Below are positions 26,564-39,582 of a DNA stretch of 64,000 nt, in pieces (positions within the stretch are counted from its first letter, which is position 1; every line of letters starts with the position of its first letter). The position numbers and the translations under genes are program-made. The DNA lies in NCBI GenBank assembly GCA_051362555.1, contig CM120641.1, positions 868,001 through 932,000 of the forward strand. The letters are read 5' to 3'. A model generated the notes under the pieces. It saw only the letters and a list, made by a program, of their open reading frames with translations, ran no database searches and was not told where the DNA came from. This DNA is from Lingula anatina. Its lineage: Eukaryota; Animalia; Brachiopoda.

Positions 26564-26948
26564 GACCGACTGGATGGCCTTGTGGTTAGAGTGTCCGCCA
26601 CCGGAGCGGGAGGACGTGGGTTCAAAACCCATCTGGGGACATACCAGTCCTTTATAAATGGTACCTGCTGTCTCCCCGCTTGGCACTCAGCACTAAGGGG
26701 TTTGAAGCAGGGGCCTGGTCAGGCAGAAATAATATATTAGCTCTGAGCGCCTAATATGGCAGCCGAGCTGTATCCTCCCCAGGTTGGTGAAACGTCTACA
26801 GAGTGCACCAGTGCAAAAATGACCAGGCCTCCTTGACTTGAATATTAATTTAATTTAAATAAATAAATTACATAATTGTATAACTTCAACCTTTGGGTTG
26901 CGATTTTCCAATAAAGATGATTATTATTATTATAATTATTATTATTAT
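26564..26948 (+). mobile_element. tRNA-derived SINE (MetaSINE-like central domain) with LINE-like tail and (TTA)n
   Basis: A box TGGCCTTGTGG, B box GGTTCAAAACC, then AAATGGTACCTGCTGTCTCCCCGCTTGGCACTCAGCACTAAGGG (resembles the Meta domain from memory, not aligned). Tail AACTTCAACCTTTGGGTTGCGATTTTCCAATAAA..(TTA)n. Empty site at ~5035-5055. Confidence 0.75.
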
Positions 26949-27067
26949 ATCGCAAATATTTCCAAGGAATAAGACAGACAAAACATTTAGTTATTTGAAA
27001 AAAAGAAAAAATTATTCAACTCACAATTAGAATTTAATAATAAAGAAGAATTTTTACTGATTTTCAG

Positions 27068-27415
27068 GCATCCTACAGCTTTAGACATTTCTGTAAGCCA
27101 TATGCAGATTCTGGGTTAGTTTAAAAAAAAAAATTTTTTTCATCTTAGAAAAACTTATTTATGTTACTATCTGTCTTGCTGAGAAGAAATTGCATCTTCA
27201 AAGTTTTAATTTAATATCTATACATTTTTATTAACGCTGTGCAATGTAGTTCTAGTGCTTCTGTAATTTAAAAATTTAATTTTTATTATAGTGTGCCATT
27301 TTACGTTTGCCCAGGAACTTCAGCATGGAACAGGTAAAAAAAAAAAATTCAGGAATTTTTTAAAGTGAATTATTGAATATATATATATAAAAACAGGTCT
27401 TAATAGCAATGATTA

Positions 27416-27480
<65 letters not shown>

Positions 27481-30400
27481 ATGAGCACGCGCACACACAT
27501 GGAAATTAATTTTATATAATTGTTTGTATTTTTTCTATGTTTATACATTGCTCAACATGAAAACAGTATATATGCTCTCTCTCTTACAGCCTAGCTGGTT
27601 GCCCTGAAGCTTTAGTCAGTAACGTCTACCATGCTTCCCACAGTTGCCTCACGCAAGGAGTCTTGGGACTGGTGGTTTGTGATTGGTCAGGAGTGGGTCA
27701 CATGACACACAAGTGTTTCAGCTGGCCAGGATTCCTGACAGGAGCAGGACTGTTCTGGAATTCTACAACACCCTGGGTGAGGAGACCTCTAGTGGACTGG
27801 AGCTTTTCTCTTTTTATGTACAGACACAGATGTGTCTGTACATACTAGTATAGCTGTCATCTGCATCCGTCATCCCCACTGTTGCATTTGCACTTTCACA
27901 GATGACACAATAAGTGGAAAAATATTTAACCCTTTGGCTTGAAACTTACAGAAGTGATAAATATTCATAAAACATAGTCAAGTTGGAAAATCAGCATGAT
28001 TGGACCATTTTTACCAAGGTTATGCAGTTTTTTTCCAATTTTCAGCATGTAAGCAACACTGATAACACATTTCAAGGAAAACTGATTGGCCTATTGTCTG
28101 GAAATTCACAAAAATGAACAGCCTTACTAAAACTAGAGGGTCAGAGAGGTGATATCACCTCTGGATATTGTACCACCAGCTGGAGTAAGCACATTAGAAT
28201 GGAAAATCCCCAAAAAAGGGATACCACCACTAGTTTTGTGCTTGACAAGCTCTATAAAATGCAATCAACAAAAGTTCTCAAAATATGCAAATAGATATAT
28301 AACTAAAAATGGTACAATCAAGCAGATTTTCGAATTGACCTGTATTTTCCTAACATGGATCACTCCTGTGATTTTCTAGACAATAGACCTATTGGTTTTC
28401 CTTGAAATGGGTTGTCAGTGTTGAATATATGCTGACAAAGAAAAAACCTAGAGGCAACACTGGGCATATCTCCACCAGTTTTGAAGATGTGAGGGACAAG
28501 AAAATATGCAAAACTCAGTTCAAGGTGAAATAGTAGGTCAAAAGTCATCAAGTCACAGTATACGACTTCCTATTCAAGTTCAATAGTAATCATGGGCATT
28601 TCTTCAATTTTGGAGATTTAAAGGCCAGAAAACATGCAAAAAGCAGTTTATCATAAAAAGTAGGTCAAAGGTCAATTTTAAGTTCAGTTCATGGTGGAAA
28701 ATAGGTCAAAGGTCAAATTCAAAGGTTAGATTGCCAGTATATGACTTCTTATTCAAGTTTAATAGTAACTATGTGCATATCTTTGCCAGTTTTGAAGATA
28801 GTTTCAGAAAAATTGCAAAGAGCAATTTATCATGAAAAGTAGATCAAAGGTCAATGTAAAGGTCACACTTAGATTGCCAGTAAATGACTTCATATTCAAG
28901 TTCAATAGGAACTATGGACCAATCTCTGCCAGTTTTGGGGATAAAAGGGAATGAAAATTTGCAAAGTTCAGTTCATGGTGAAAAGTAGGTCAAAGGTCAA
29001 TTTCAATGTCACATTTAAATTGCCAGTATATGACTTCCTATGAATTTCAGGGTCAGCGTTAGATTGCCAGTATATGACTTCTTATTCAAGTTTAATAGTA
29101 ACTATGTGCATATCTTTTCCAGTTTTGTAGATAGTTTCAGAAAAATTGCAAAGTGCAGTTTATCATGAAAATTAGGTCAAAGGTCAATTCAAAGGTCACA
29201 CTTAGATTGCCAGTAAATGACTTCATATTCAAGTTCAATAGGAACTATGGACCAATCTCTGCCAGTTTTGGGGATAAAAGGGAATGAAAATTTGCAAAGT
29301 TCAGTTCATGGTGAAAAGTAGGTCAAGGGTCAATTTCAATGTCACATTTAAATTGCCAGTATATGACTTCCTATGAATTTCAGGGTCACCGTTAGATAGC
29401 CAGTATATGACTTCTTATTCAAGTTTAATAGTAACTATGTGCATATCTTTTCCAGTTTTGTAGATAGTTTCAGAAAAATTGCAAAGTGCAGTTTGTCATA
29501 AAAAGTAGGTCAAAGGTCAATTTAAAGGTCACACTTAGATTGCCAGTAAATGACTTCATATTCAAGTTCAATAGGAACTATGGACCAATCTCTGCCAGTT
29601 TTGGGGATAAAAGGGAATGAAAATTTGCAAAGTTCATTTCATGGTGAAAAGTAGGTCAAAGGTCAATTTAAAAGGTCACACTTAGATTATCAGTAAATGA
29701 CTTCCTTTTCGAGCTCAATAGTAACTATGTGCATATCTTTGCCAGTTTTGGAGATATAAGGGACTTAAATGTTGCAAAGTTCAGTTCATGGTGAAAAGTA
29801 GGTCAAAGGTTAATTTCAAGGTCACAGTTAAATTGCCAGTATATGACTTTCTTTGCAACTTCAATAGTAACTATGGACCTATCTCTGCCAGTTTTGGAGA
29901 TATAAGGGAGTAAATATTACAATTTTGGAGTTACAATAATGTGCCATAAATTTCATACCAAAAAAATTAATTGAAATAAAGAAAAAGGTCATTTTGGTTG
30001 AAATTCTTGAAATGGGAGGTGCTCAGAAGTTCCAGATGTTCAAATTTCATGAAATAATGTCATTTCTGACCAGAAGTTGTCTACCTCGCCAAGCCATAAG
30101 TTTTATTTTCCAAGGGTTCAAAATTTATTACACATTACAGTATTGCACATTTTGCTTTCACCACCACAATGTACTTTTTGATACAGAATAACCTGTAAAC
30201 CGTATGGAAATAAAAAAAAAAAACGAAGACCACTTCCTGTGTTGAGCTTGACATGCTCTACAAAATGCAAAAAAAGAAACGGTTCCCAAATTAGAGACAG
30301 TTTTCAGTTTCGGTATCTTCCCAGCAGGCATAGTGATGTTGGATCAACATTGAAAACAGGTTGATACATTGAATTGTCATTGATCTACCTAAATTCAACG

Positions 30401-33400
30401 TAAAATCAACATTGATCCAGCCACGTCAAAACACCATCATAATGTGACGTTGACTCAATGTTGTATTTTGGTCATTGTGATGCAAGACATGGATTGTAAT
30501 TTAAAATATTAATTATTGAAAACGTGATACTTTGTTTATCAATACTGTAACTAACTTTATCAAAATTATAAAAAAAGTGTTTTAAAGTTAAAGTGACAGT
30601 TGTTTGGTGTCTTTAGTGAACTAGTGAATTTTCTTAACAGAAATACATTCCAATAAACATCCTTGCAAGGTCAGCTAACACTAGTGTGAATAAGTTGCTG
30701 TAACTGTGATTGAGTGAAGTTAACAAAGTTGACATTTCTCGGTTGTAGATAGACAGTTGTGGTGACTGTGACTTTTATATATATGTATGTTATGCCTCTT
30801 TTTGTATATGAGTGGCTTTTTCTCAAATTCATTTCTAAGGCATGTTAACAGTCTCATTATTGAACTAATCAGAAATGTTCTTTTAAAAAGATGAAAAGAT
30901 TCATAGGACTGAAGTGCAGCTTGTGTTGGAAAAAATCACTATGCTTGCTTTCTGTTTAGTTGCAATGCAGTTCTGTATGAAATTTTCATTTTTAACATAA
31001 ATTTTATTTTATTTGGTGCCATATGGCTACAACAGGTGATCAGTCTGTAATTGCCCCTAGGGTAAACACCAACTTAGTTCAAAGCTATTAAGTCACTTTT
31101 TTAATTAAGTTTCAAGTGTCCATAAAATCAGATTACATAAAACACACATGCTGAGATTTCCCTGTAAACTCCCATCAGTTTAGCTCTCTGCCAGATACAG
31201 TTTGTGCACGTCTAAATTAACAGTGTCACATAATAAGGAATCAGTGATAATTATGCAGGTACAGTAAATATTGTTTTAATATTGCAAATAAATTTACAAA
31301 AGAAAAACTATTTTGTGTAATGCCAACATTAATGCTATAGATGAATAGCAGTGCTTTATTATCTCAAACTCAGTGGGGTTATTCATATCATGTTAATACA
31401 GCTGGATTTTCAAAATGTGACTTTTAACTCCCATCTACATGTACAATGTACCTGAAACTGTACTTTTTTGTACAATTTTCTGTATTTTTTATTCTTACAG
31501 ATATGCTCTGAATGCATCAAATGGGATATGCTAACATAACATCTTAATGTAATTTCAGAGCAAATAAAGCTAGCTTGTCAAATAAACCCTCTTCAAAAAA
31601 AATTAGCTTAATATAAGAAAAGAAATAATGTGTACTAACAAGGCATTTAATTTTTACTACCAAACTTAACTCATCAGTCATTACTATAAATTTCACTTTT
31701 GCCTACTCTTATTCTGAGTATTTCATCATTTTAAGCTGGAAAAAAAATAGTTTTCATATAACACAGTTTTCTTTTTCTTGTACTTTATACATTACAAAAT
31801 GTCATTCTATATTTTCTCACTCAGGATACAATGGTTAAATATTTTGGCATGAATTGATGATAGATAGGTTTATGAAATGTAATTCAGCCATAAAATCACC
31901 ACTATAGAAAATGAAATGCACCAAAAAACCAAACCACAGGCTGTTCAGTTTCTGAGCATTTTAAAGTCATTTTTCTAAGTATTGAAATACTTTGACTTTC
32001 CCTGTCCATTGAGCCGCAACCAGATCTCCATCCTGGTTGATGGTACATCCCAATGGGAATATAAGTCCATCAGCTTCAGTTGCTATGTACTGGATGAACC
32101 GTCCATGTGGGGATAGAAGGTGTATGCAGTGGTTATCATGGTCTATAACCAGTATGTTGTCATATGCATCAACACAGACACCATGAATCTCACCTAACTT
32201 GTTATCAGGTCCTTTGTACAGCGGGTCACCAGATTGGGCTAGGATGTAAAGTATGTTTGGTGTTTTATCACCAACAACAAGGCACCCATTGCTCATATAT
32301 GCCACTTCATATGGTTCATTGAACAACTGCTCTCCATCTTTGTCCTTTATCACATCAGTTAGAGTTATTTTCCCTTTGATATCAATACTGAACACACTCA
32401 CAGACCCTTCATCACCCTGTGCCACAGCAATCTTACTGCAGCTGCTACTGAGAGCCACACCCCATGGGTTAGAGACATCTACAGTTTGCTGTACTTCCCA
32501 CTGTGGTGACAGGATGAACAGTTTGTTATTGCCTGTACCAGATAGAATCATCCTTCCATCAGGGAAGTGACAGATCCCTCTTGGACATTTCAGCTGCGTA
32601 TCTGAGACACTTGTGATCTTCTTCTTTAATGTGCCATCTGAACTAAAAACTTTGACCTTATCATCTATAGAATGTGTAGTAACATACTCCCTGTTTGGAC
32701 TCACTGAAATGTCGTCTAGTCCCCAACAGCCATAAAACTCCTTTATACATTCAGCCTGTGGTTTGAACTTGGGCAGAGCTGGTTGTCTAGATATCTGCAC
32801 ATTCCCCAGGCCAGCCCCACTGGATATCACTTGGTCCACTTCTGTATTGGTGGAAAATGTGAGATTTACTTTTTCAGGCATTTCTTCCACAGCTGAAGTT
32901 GACTGTAGTTCATCTAGTCTCTGTCCAAGTTGGTGTTGTAACATGAGGACATCTATGGGGGCACCATGCTGGAGGATGTTCTTTACTATTTTTGTTGTGT
33001 TCTTGATGGAGGAGCAAGTAGCACTGCAGTTTTTGCGGGAAATTTGTAAATTATTTCTGTTAGTGCTAGTGGTTTGATGAAGCTCCTGTAGTAAGGTCTC
33101 CTCTCGTTGATCTACCAGTTGACGTAGGTGAGCTGCACGAGCTTTGATCTGCTGCTGAACACAGCTTTCATTTTTTTGTAGGTTTGCCAATGTTTTATCA
33201 ATTTTAGCTAAATTTCTTTCACCAGTTGCAAGTTTTCTCTGCATTCCAAGAGATTTGGTCTGAAGTTTTGGTTTTACAGTCTCTGCAGCTTTTTCAAGGG
33301 AGATAAGTTTGTGGCCATCATGGTATAGATCTCTGCAGTCACGACAAATGGGGTCATTGCAGTCTGAACAAAAGTATCTTATCCTCTCATCTTTGTGCTC

Positions 33401-36400
33401 AGGGCAAAAAATCTTTTGCTGCTTTTGTATCTCTTTTTGGTACTCTTTGCTTTGCAGCTGTTGGAAAGTGAGCACTTTATGGTCCTTTGTGAACTTTGTA
33501 CCACAGTGTAATGGGGAACACTTCTCACATAGGTAGTCATAACAGGTGATACATTTTGAAGTAGCTATTGTTTCAGTGTTAAAAGACAAGGCACAAAAGC
33601 TACATTTTTGCATATGTGGTGACTGAAGTACAGTGTCCTGCAAGCTTTCAATGAAGAAATTGTGAGTGAAACCCTCAAGTCCATCTTTAGGTACTACAGT
33701 TTCTTTCTGACACACATGACATTGGAATTTACTTCCTGGTGTTAAGTCAGGAATATAGTCCTTCAGACAACCTTTACAAAATGTATGCCTACATGGTAAA
33801 TCTGTCGGATCTTTGTATTCCTCAAGGCATAATGGACAGCTGACAAAATGTTCTGCTATTTTGGCTTGTTGGCTTTCATCGTCATCTATGCTTACATGAG
33901 CTGTAGCCATCTTGGGGGGCGTAGAGTGAACTGTTTTACTGGTATGAAGAGCAGTTATCTTGTGTTATCAATAAACCAGTTGCAGGGTATGAACAATGGT
34001 CATATGTGTTGGACAGAGTTATAATTGTTGTCTTATCAGTGACCCAGTTGCCATACTTTTAAGACCACAACAGTATGTTTTTATATTTCACTGTGTTTTA
34101 TAATTCAAGCATATAATTAGGGTTTCATGGGTTTTTAAGTACTTAATATTTTTTCAATACTTCATATATTTAGAGGGAGAGTTAGAGTGTTATAAACTTG
34201 GGATATGATAAAAATAACCCTTTCAGGACAAAAGATACTATTTTATATTTCTGTATTTATATAATGAACAGGTTAAGGGCACTGCATGTTTAAGAAGAGT
34301 GTGTTTGTGTGTACAGGCTGTATGTGCTTGTACTGTATGATTTGTACATATGTTTTACGTCACATGCAGGAGAAAAAGTATTGATAGTACCACCAGCGTG
34401 TACCACTTCTCCTCCTAGACCGCAAGGACCCCTGTCCCCATCTCTTCAATTTAGGTCACATATAATCTCAACTTGAACCCCCTGGTATTTTTGTCCCAGT
34501 TGGTGTATTGGCCTGAGCGTGACGCTCGTTGAAACGCACCCTTGTCAAAAATTTTGAAAATTCAATGCTGAATATCTCCCAAACCAAAGGAATTATATGA
34601 AAAATTACTTTAGAAGCTCGACCGAAAGTCATATGTGGAGATTTCAAATATGCCCTAGGATTTGACATTTGACCTTTATTTGAAGGTGAAACGGGCCAAA
34701 ATTTTAAAAAAAAAAAAAAAAAAAGAATTTTTTTACGAAAAAAAAATTATTTGCGCTGATATTCAGAAACTACACAGACCTAACCTATGAGGTGTTACCC
34801 TCCAGGTTATCTTTTATCTCTGTGAATTTAGGGTCTTTCGGTGCATTTTCACAGGAGCAGCAGTGATAAGATGCCGAAACATAAAATTTTCTCTAATTCT
34901 GGAACCGTTAATGCTAGAGACATTTTGTTTTTTGCATTTGATTGAGCATGTCAAGCCCAACACTGAAAGTGGTCGCCGTTTTTTTTATGTACAGACACAG
35001 ATGTGTCTGTACATATTGCGTCTGTCGTCGCAGATGCCGATGCCGTCGCCGGCACCGTGCACTTTCAGCGTAAACATGATAAGTGGAACACAGTTTTACT
35101 TTTTGGTTTTATATTTACAGAGCTGATGAATATTCATAAAACGCAGGTCAAGTTGGAAAATCGGCATGATCGGGCCACTATTTTAGTAGTTATGCTGTTT
35201 TTCATTTTTCAGCATATATGCAACATTGTAAACACAATATAAGAAAAACAGGCCAATTGTCATTAAACTCACAGGAGTGGTCAATCTTACTAAAACGCAG
35301 GTTGAGTTCAAAAATCAGCATAAGCGGGGCATTATTTTAGAAGTTATGCTGTTTTTTCACATTTCCTCAGATTCAATTCTTAGCCATGTTAATAGCCTTA
35401 TTATTTAACTAATAAGATACATAAGAGTGTTTGTTTGACATTTCCTGCATCTTTACAATATTGTTAGTTGATTATGTAAAAATTATGGTAAACTTGTTAT
35501 CGTGTTTTGTGTAATAAAGTGTCAAAAATGGAAATAAACTCATATCATTGCAGTTTGTCAGATTCAATCATTCACTATGTTCAGAATCTCAGAATGGAGG
35601 AAATTGGACATTTAACACTGTTCTATTGATATTTTCCCCATCTCATCTACTTTCTTAGTTGATCATATAAAAATTGCAGTAAACTGTTCATTTTGTTTTA
35701 TGTTAAAAAAGTGTCAAAAATGGAAATAAACCCATGTCAGAACAATGCTGTCTTGTTTACATTTTGGCATTTTCAAGGTGTGACTTTGAAGTTCCATTGG
35801 CCTGAAGACCTTTGCTGGTCACGTTTTCTGAATGTCCATGTTAGTAATATTTTATTATTAAAAATTGATGGTCATTATGCTGTTAAACATTATGTAATGT
35901 TGCATCAAAATTTGAAGAAACCCCTATTTTGGGCACTGCTCCCATGATGACCTTTAAGAAAAACCATGTCACTTACTGTTTTCAAACTAACAGGAAAGAA
36001 ACATGGGACTAAAATACAGCTTCAGTAGGCAATGCAGTCTGATTGGTAATTCTTACTGCCAGTTAAACAGTTTTTTTTTTTTTGTGAAAATTTAATTTTT
36101 CACATATTGGCATTTTCAAGGTATGACTTTGAAGTTCCACGGGCTTGAAGGCCCATGCTAGTCACATTTTTTGAAAATCCATGATGCGTATATTTTATTA
36201 TTAAAAATTGACAGTTATTATGCTGTTAACCACTATGTAATATTGCATCAGAATAGAAGAAAACACAATTTTGGGTGCTGCTGCCATGATGACCATTATG
36301 GGAAAACCATGTTACTTATGATTGCCAAACTTTCAAAAAAGAAATACAGGACTAAAATGCAGCCTGAGTTGGAAAAGCAGTCTAATTGGCTTCTTTTTCT

Positions 36401-39400
36401 GGAAGTTATACATTTTCAAAGTGTGAACTTGAACTCCCATGGGCCTGAAGCCTTATGCTTGTTACACATTTTACTTACATTGGTATTACCTGTTGAGCAT
36501 AATTAAAATTTGATGTTGAATTTGCAGTTTAACATAATGTACTTTTGCATCAGAATTGACAGTAGCCTATTTTGTGCATAGTTATTTCCTGCTTTTTCTC
36601 TGTACATTTGACAGCTTTGCTGCCTTGTTTGAATATCCAGGATACTTTATTTTTTTATTTAAAAAATGATGGTTATTATGCTGTTAAGCATTGTGTAATA
36701 TTACATCAAAATTGAACAAAACCCTATTTTGGGCACTGCCTCCATAGTGACCGTGAAAGAAAAACCATGTCACACTTACAGTTGCTGTTGGAAGACCATC
36801 AAAGTGGAGGATGGATCAACATAGATACTTTGTAGTACCTCTGGATCTGAAGACCTTTGGAAGACCTCTGGAAAATATCTCTGGATCTGATCCTGTTATT
36901 GACCATGTTACCTGTTGTGCATGATTAAAATTCAGTGTTGACTGACAGCGCTATTATAAGCTTTATTTATTATTGCATCAAAATTGACAAAATGATCTAT
37001 TTTGCATATTTATTTTCTGTTTTTTTTGTCTGAACATTTGACAGTTTTGCTGCCTTGTTCACATATTGGAATTTTCATTATGAACTCTCATGGTCCTGAA
37101 ACTAAATTCTTATTGCCCATGTTACCTGTTAGACAGAATTAAGATTTGCTGTTGATTATGCTGTTATAAGCATTCTTTATTATTGTATCAAAATTGACAA
37201 AATTACCTATTTTGTGCATTTTTGTATTCTTCTTTTTGTTCGTACATTTGACAACTTTGCTGCCTTGTTATTTTATTTTTTTGCCTCGGTTTGACGATTC
37301 TCATTATAGCACTTCATGGTTTGGTTTGAAAGTTTAAAAACAACAAAGAGTTAACTATATTTTATTTGGTTTAATAAAATACTAATAATTCAGAACTATT
37401 AACATGTTCATGTTTTGATATTTCTTTTAGCTAGGATTGCCAGAAGATGTGAAGTTAAGAAATATAAGGGCATACAGAAATATAAGGGTTTAAATATCTA
37501 AACATAAAATAATAATGAATTCTTAATTTATTTATTTTATTTTTTTTTCTTTATTTGTTAGAGGAAAAAATCTTTAGAAAGCATTCGAATGTCATCCTAT
37601 TTTACCCATTTTATGTCATGTTACGTATGTTGTAGAATTATTTACACTGTAACCTGGCAGAACTGTTGAACCACCATGTGTTTTATGATGAAGGTCATGT
37701 TACTTATGTTGTAGGATTATTTACACTGTAACCTGGCAGAACTGTTGAACCACCATGTGTTTTATGATGAAGGTCATGTTACTTATGTTGTAGGATTATT
37801 TACACTCTAACCTGGCAGAACTGTTGAACCACCATGAAAAATATATTAGTTTTCATATAACATATTTTTCTTTTTCTTGTACTTTATACATTACAAAATG
37901 ACCTTTTATATTTTCTCACTTGGATAATATAGTTAAATATTATTATCACCAAACTTTGGCATGGATCGATTATAAATAATTTTATGAAATGTAATTCAAC
38001 CATAAAATCACTGCAGTAGAAAATGAAAGCACCAGAAAACCACAAATTGTTCAGTTTCTGAATATTTTAAAGCATGTCATTTTTTCAAGTATTGAAATAC
38101 TTTCACATTCCCTTTCACTTGAGTCACAACCAGATCTCCATCTTGGTTGATGGTACATCCCCATGGTCCATATAATCCATCAGCTTCAGTTGCTATGATT
38201 TGTATGAACCTCCCATCTGGGGATACAAGGTGTATGCAGTGGTTATCATGGTCTGTAACCAGTATGTTGTCATATGCATCAACACAGACACCACGGAGTC
38301 GACCTAACTTGTTATCATGTCCTGTGTACTGATACAGTGGGTCACCAGATGGGGTTAGGATGTGAAGTTTGTTTGGTGTTTTATCACTAACAACAAGGCG
38401 CCCATTGCTCATATATGCCACTTCACATGGTGCATTGAACAACTGTTCCCCGTCTTTGTCCTTTATCACATCAATTAGAGTTATTTTCCCGTTGATATCA
38501 ATACTGAACACACTCACAGACTTTCCTCTGTTACCCTGTGCCACAGCAATCTTAGTGCATCTTTTATTGAGAGCCACACCATTTGGGTCAGTGACATGTA
38601 CAGTTTGCTGTACTTTCCACTGTGGTGAAAGGATGAACAGTTTATTGCCTGCACCAGATAGAACCATCCTTCCATCAGGGAAGTGACAGATCCCTACTGG
38701 ACTTTTCAGCTGTATATCTGAGACACTTGTGATATTATTCTTTAATGTACCATCTGAACTAAAAATCTTGATGTTATCATTCAAGAGATGTGTAGTAACA
38801 TACTCCCTGATTGGACTCACTGAAATGTCCACTGATGTTGTGCCAGTGGCAAACTCCAGCATACATTTAGCCTGTGGTTTAAACTTGAGCAAAGCTGGTT
38901 GTCTAGATATCTGCACACTCCCCAGACCAGCCCCACTGGATATCTCTTGGTCCACTTCTGCGTTGGTGGAAAATGTGAAACTTACTTCTTCGGGCATTTC
39001 TTCCACAGCTGAAGTGGACTTTATCTCATCTAGTCTCTGTCCAAGTTGTTGTTGTAACATGAGGACATCTATGGGGGCACCATGCTGAAGGATGTTCTTT
39101 ACTATTTCTGTTGTGGTCTTGATGGAGGAGCAAGTGGCACTGCAGTTCTTGTGAGAAATTTGTAAATTATTTCTGTTAGTGCTGGTGCTTTGATGAAGCT
39201 CCTGTAGTAAGGTCTTCTCTCGTTGGTCTACTAGTTGACGTAGGTGAGCTGCACGAGCTTTTATCTGCTGTGGAACATAGCTTTCATTTTCATGGAGGGT
39301 TGCCAATGTTTCATCAATTTTAGCTATTGTTTTCTCACCCCTTGCAAATTTTTTCTCAATGCCACAGAATTTGGTCTGAAGTTTTGGTTTTACAATCTCT

Positions 39401-39546
39401 GCAGCTTTTTCAAGGGAGATAAGTTTGTGACCATCATGGTGTAGATCTCTGCAGTCACGACAAATGGGCACATTGCAGTCTGAACAAAAGTATCTTATCC
39501 TTTCATCTTTGTGCTCAGTGCAGAATATCTTTTGCTGCTCTCGAAT

Positions 39547-39582
<36 letters not shown>

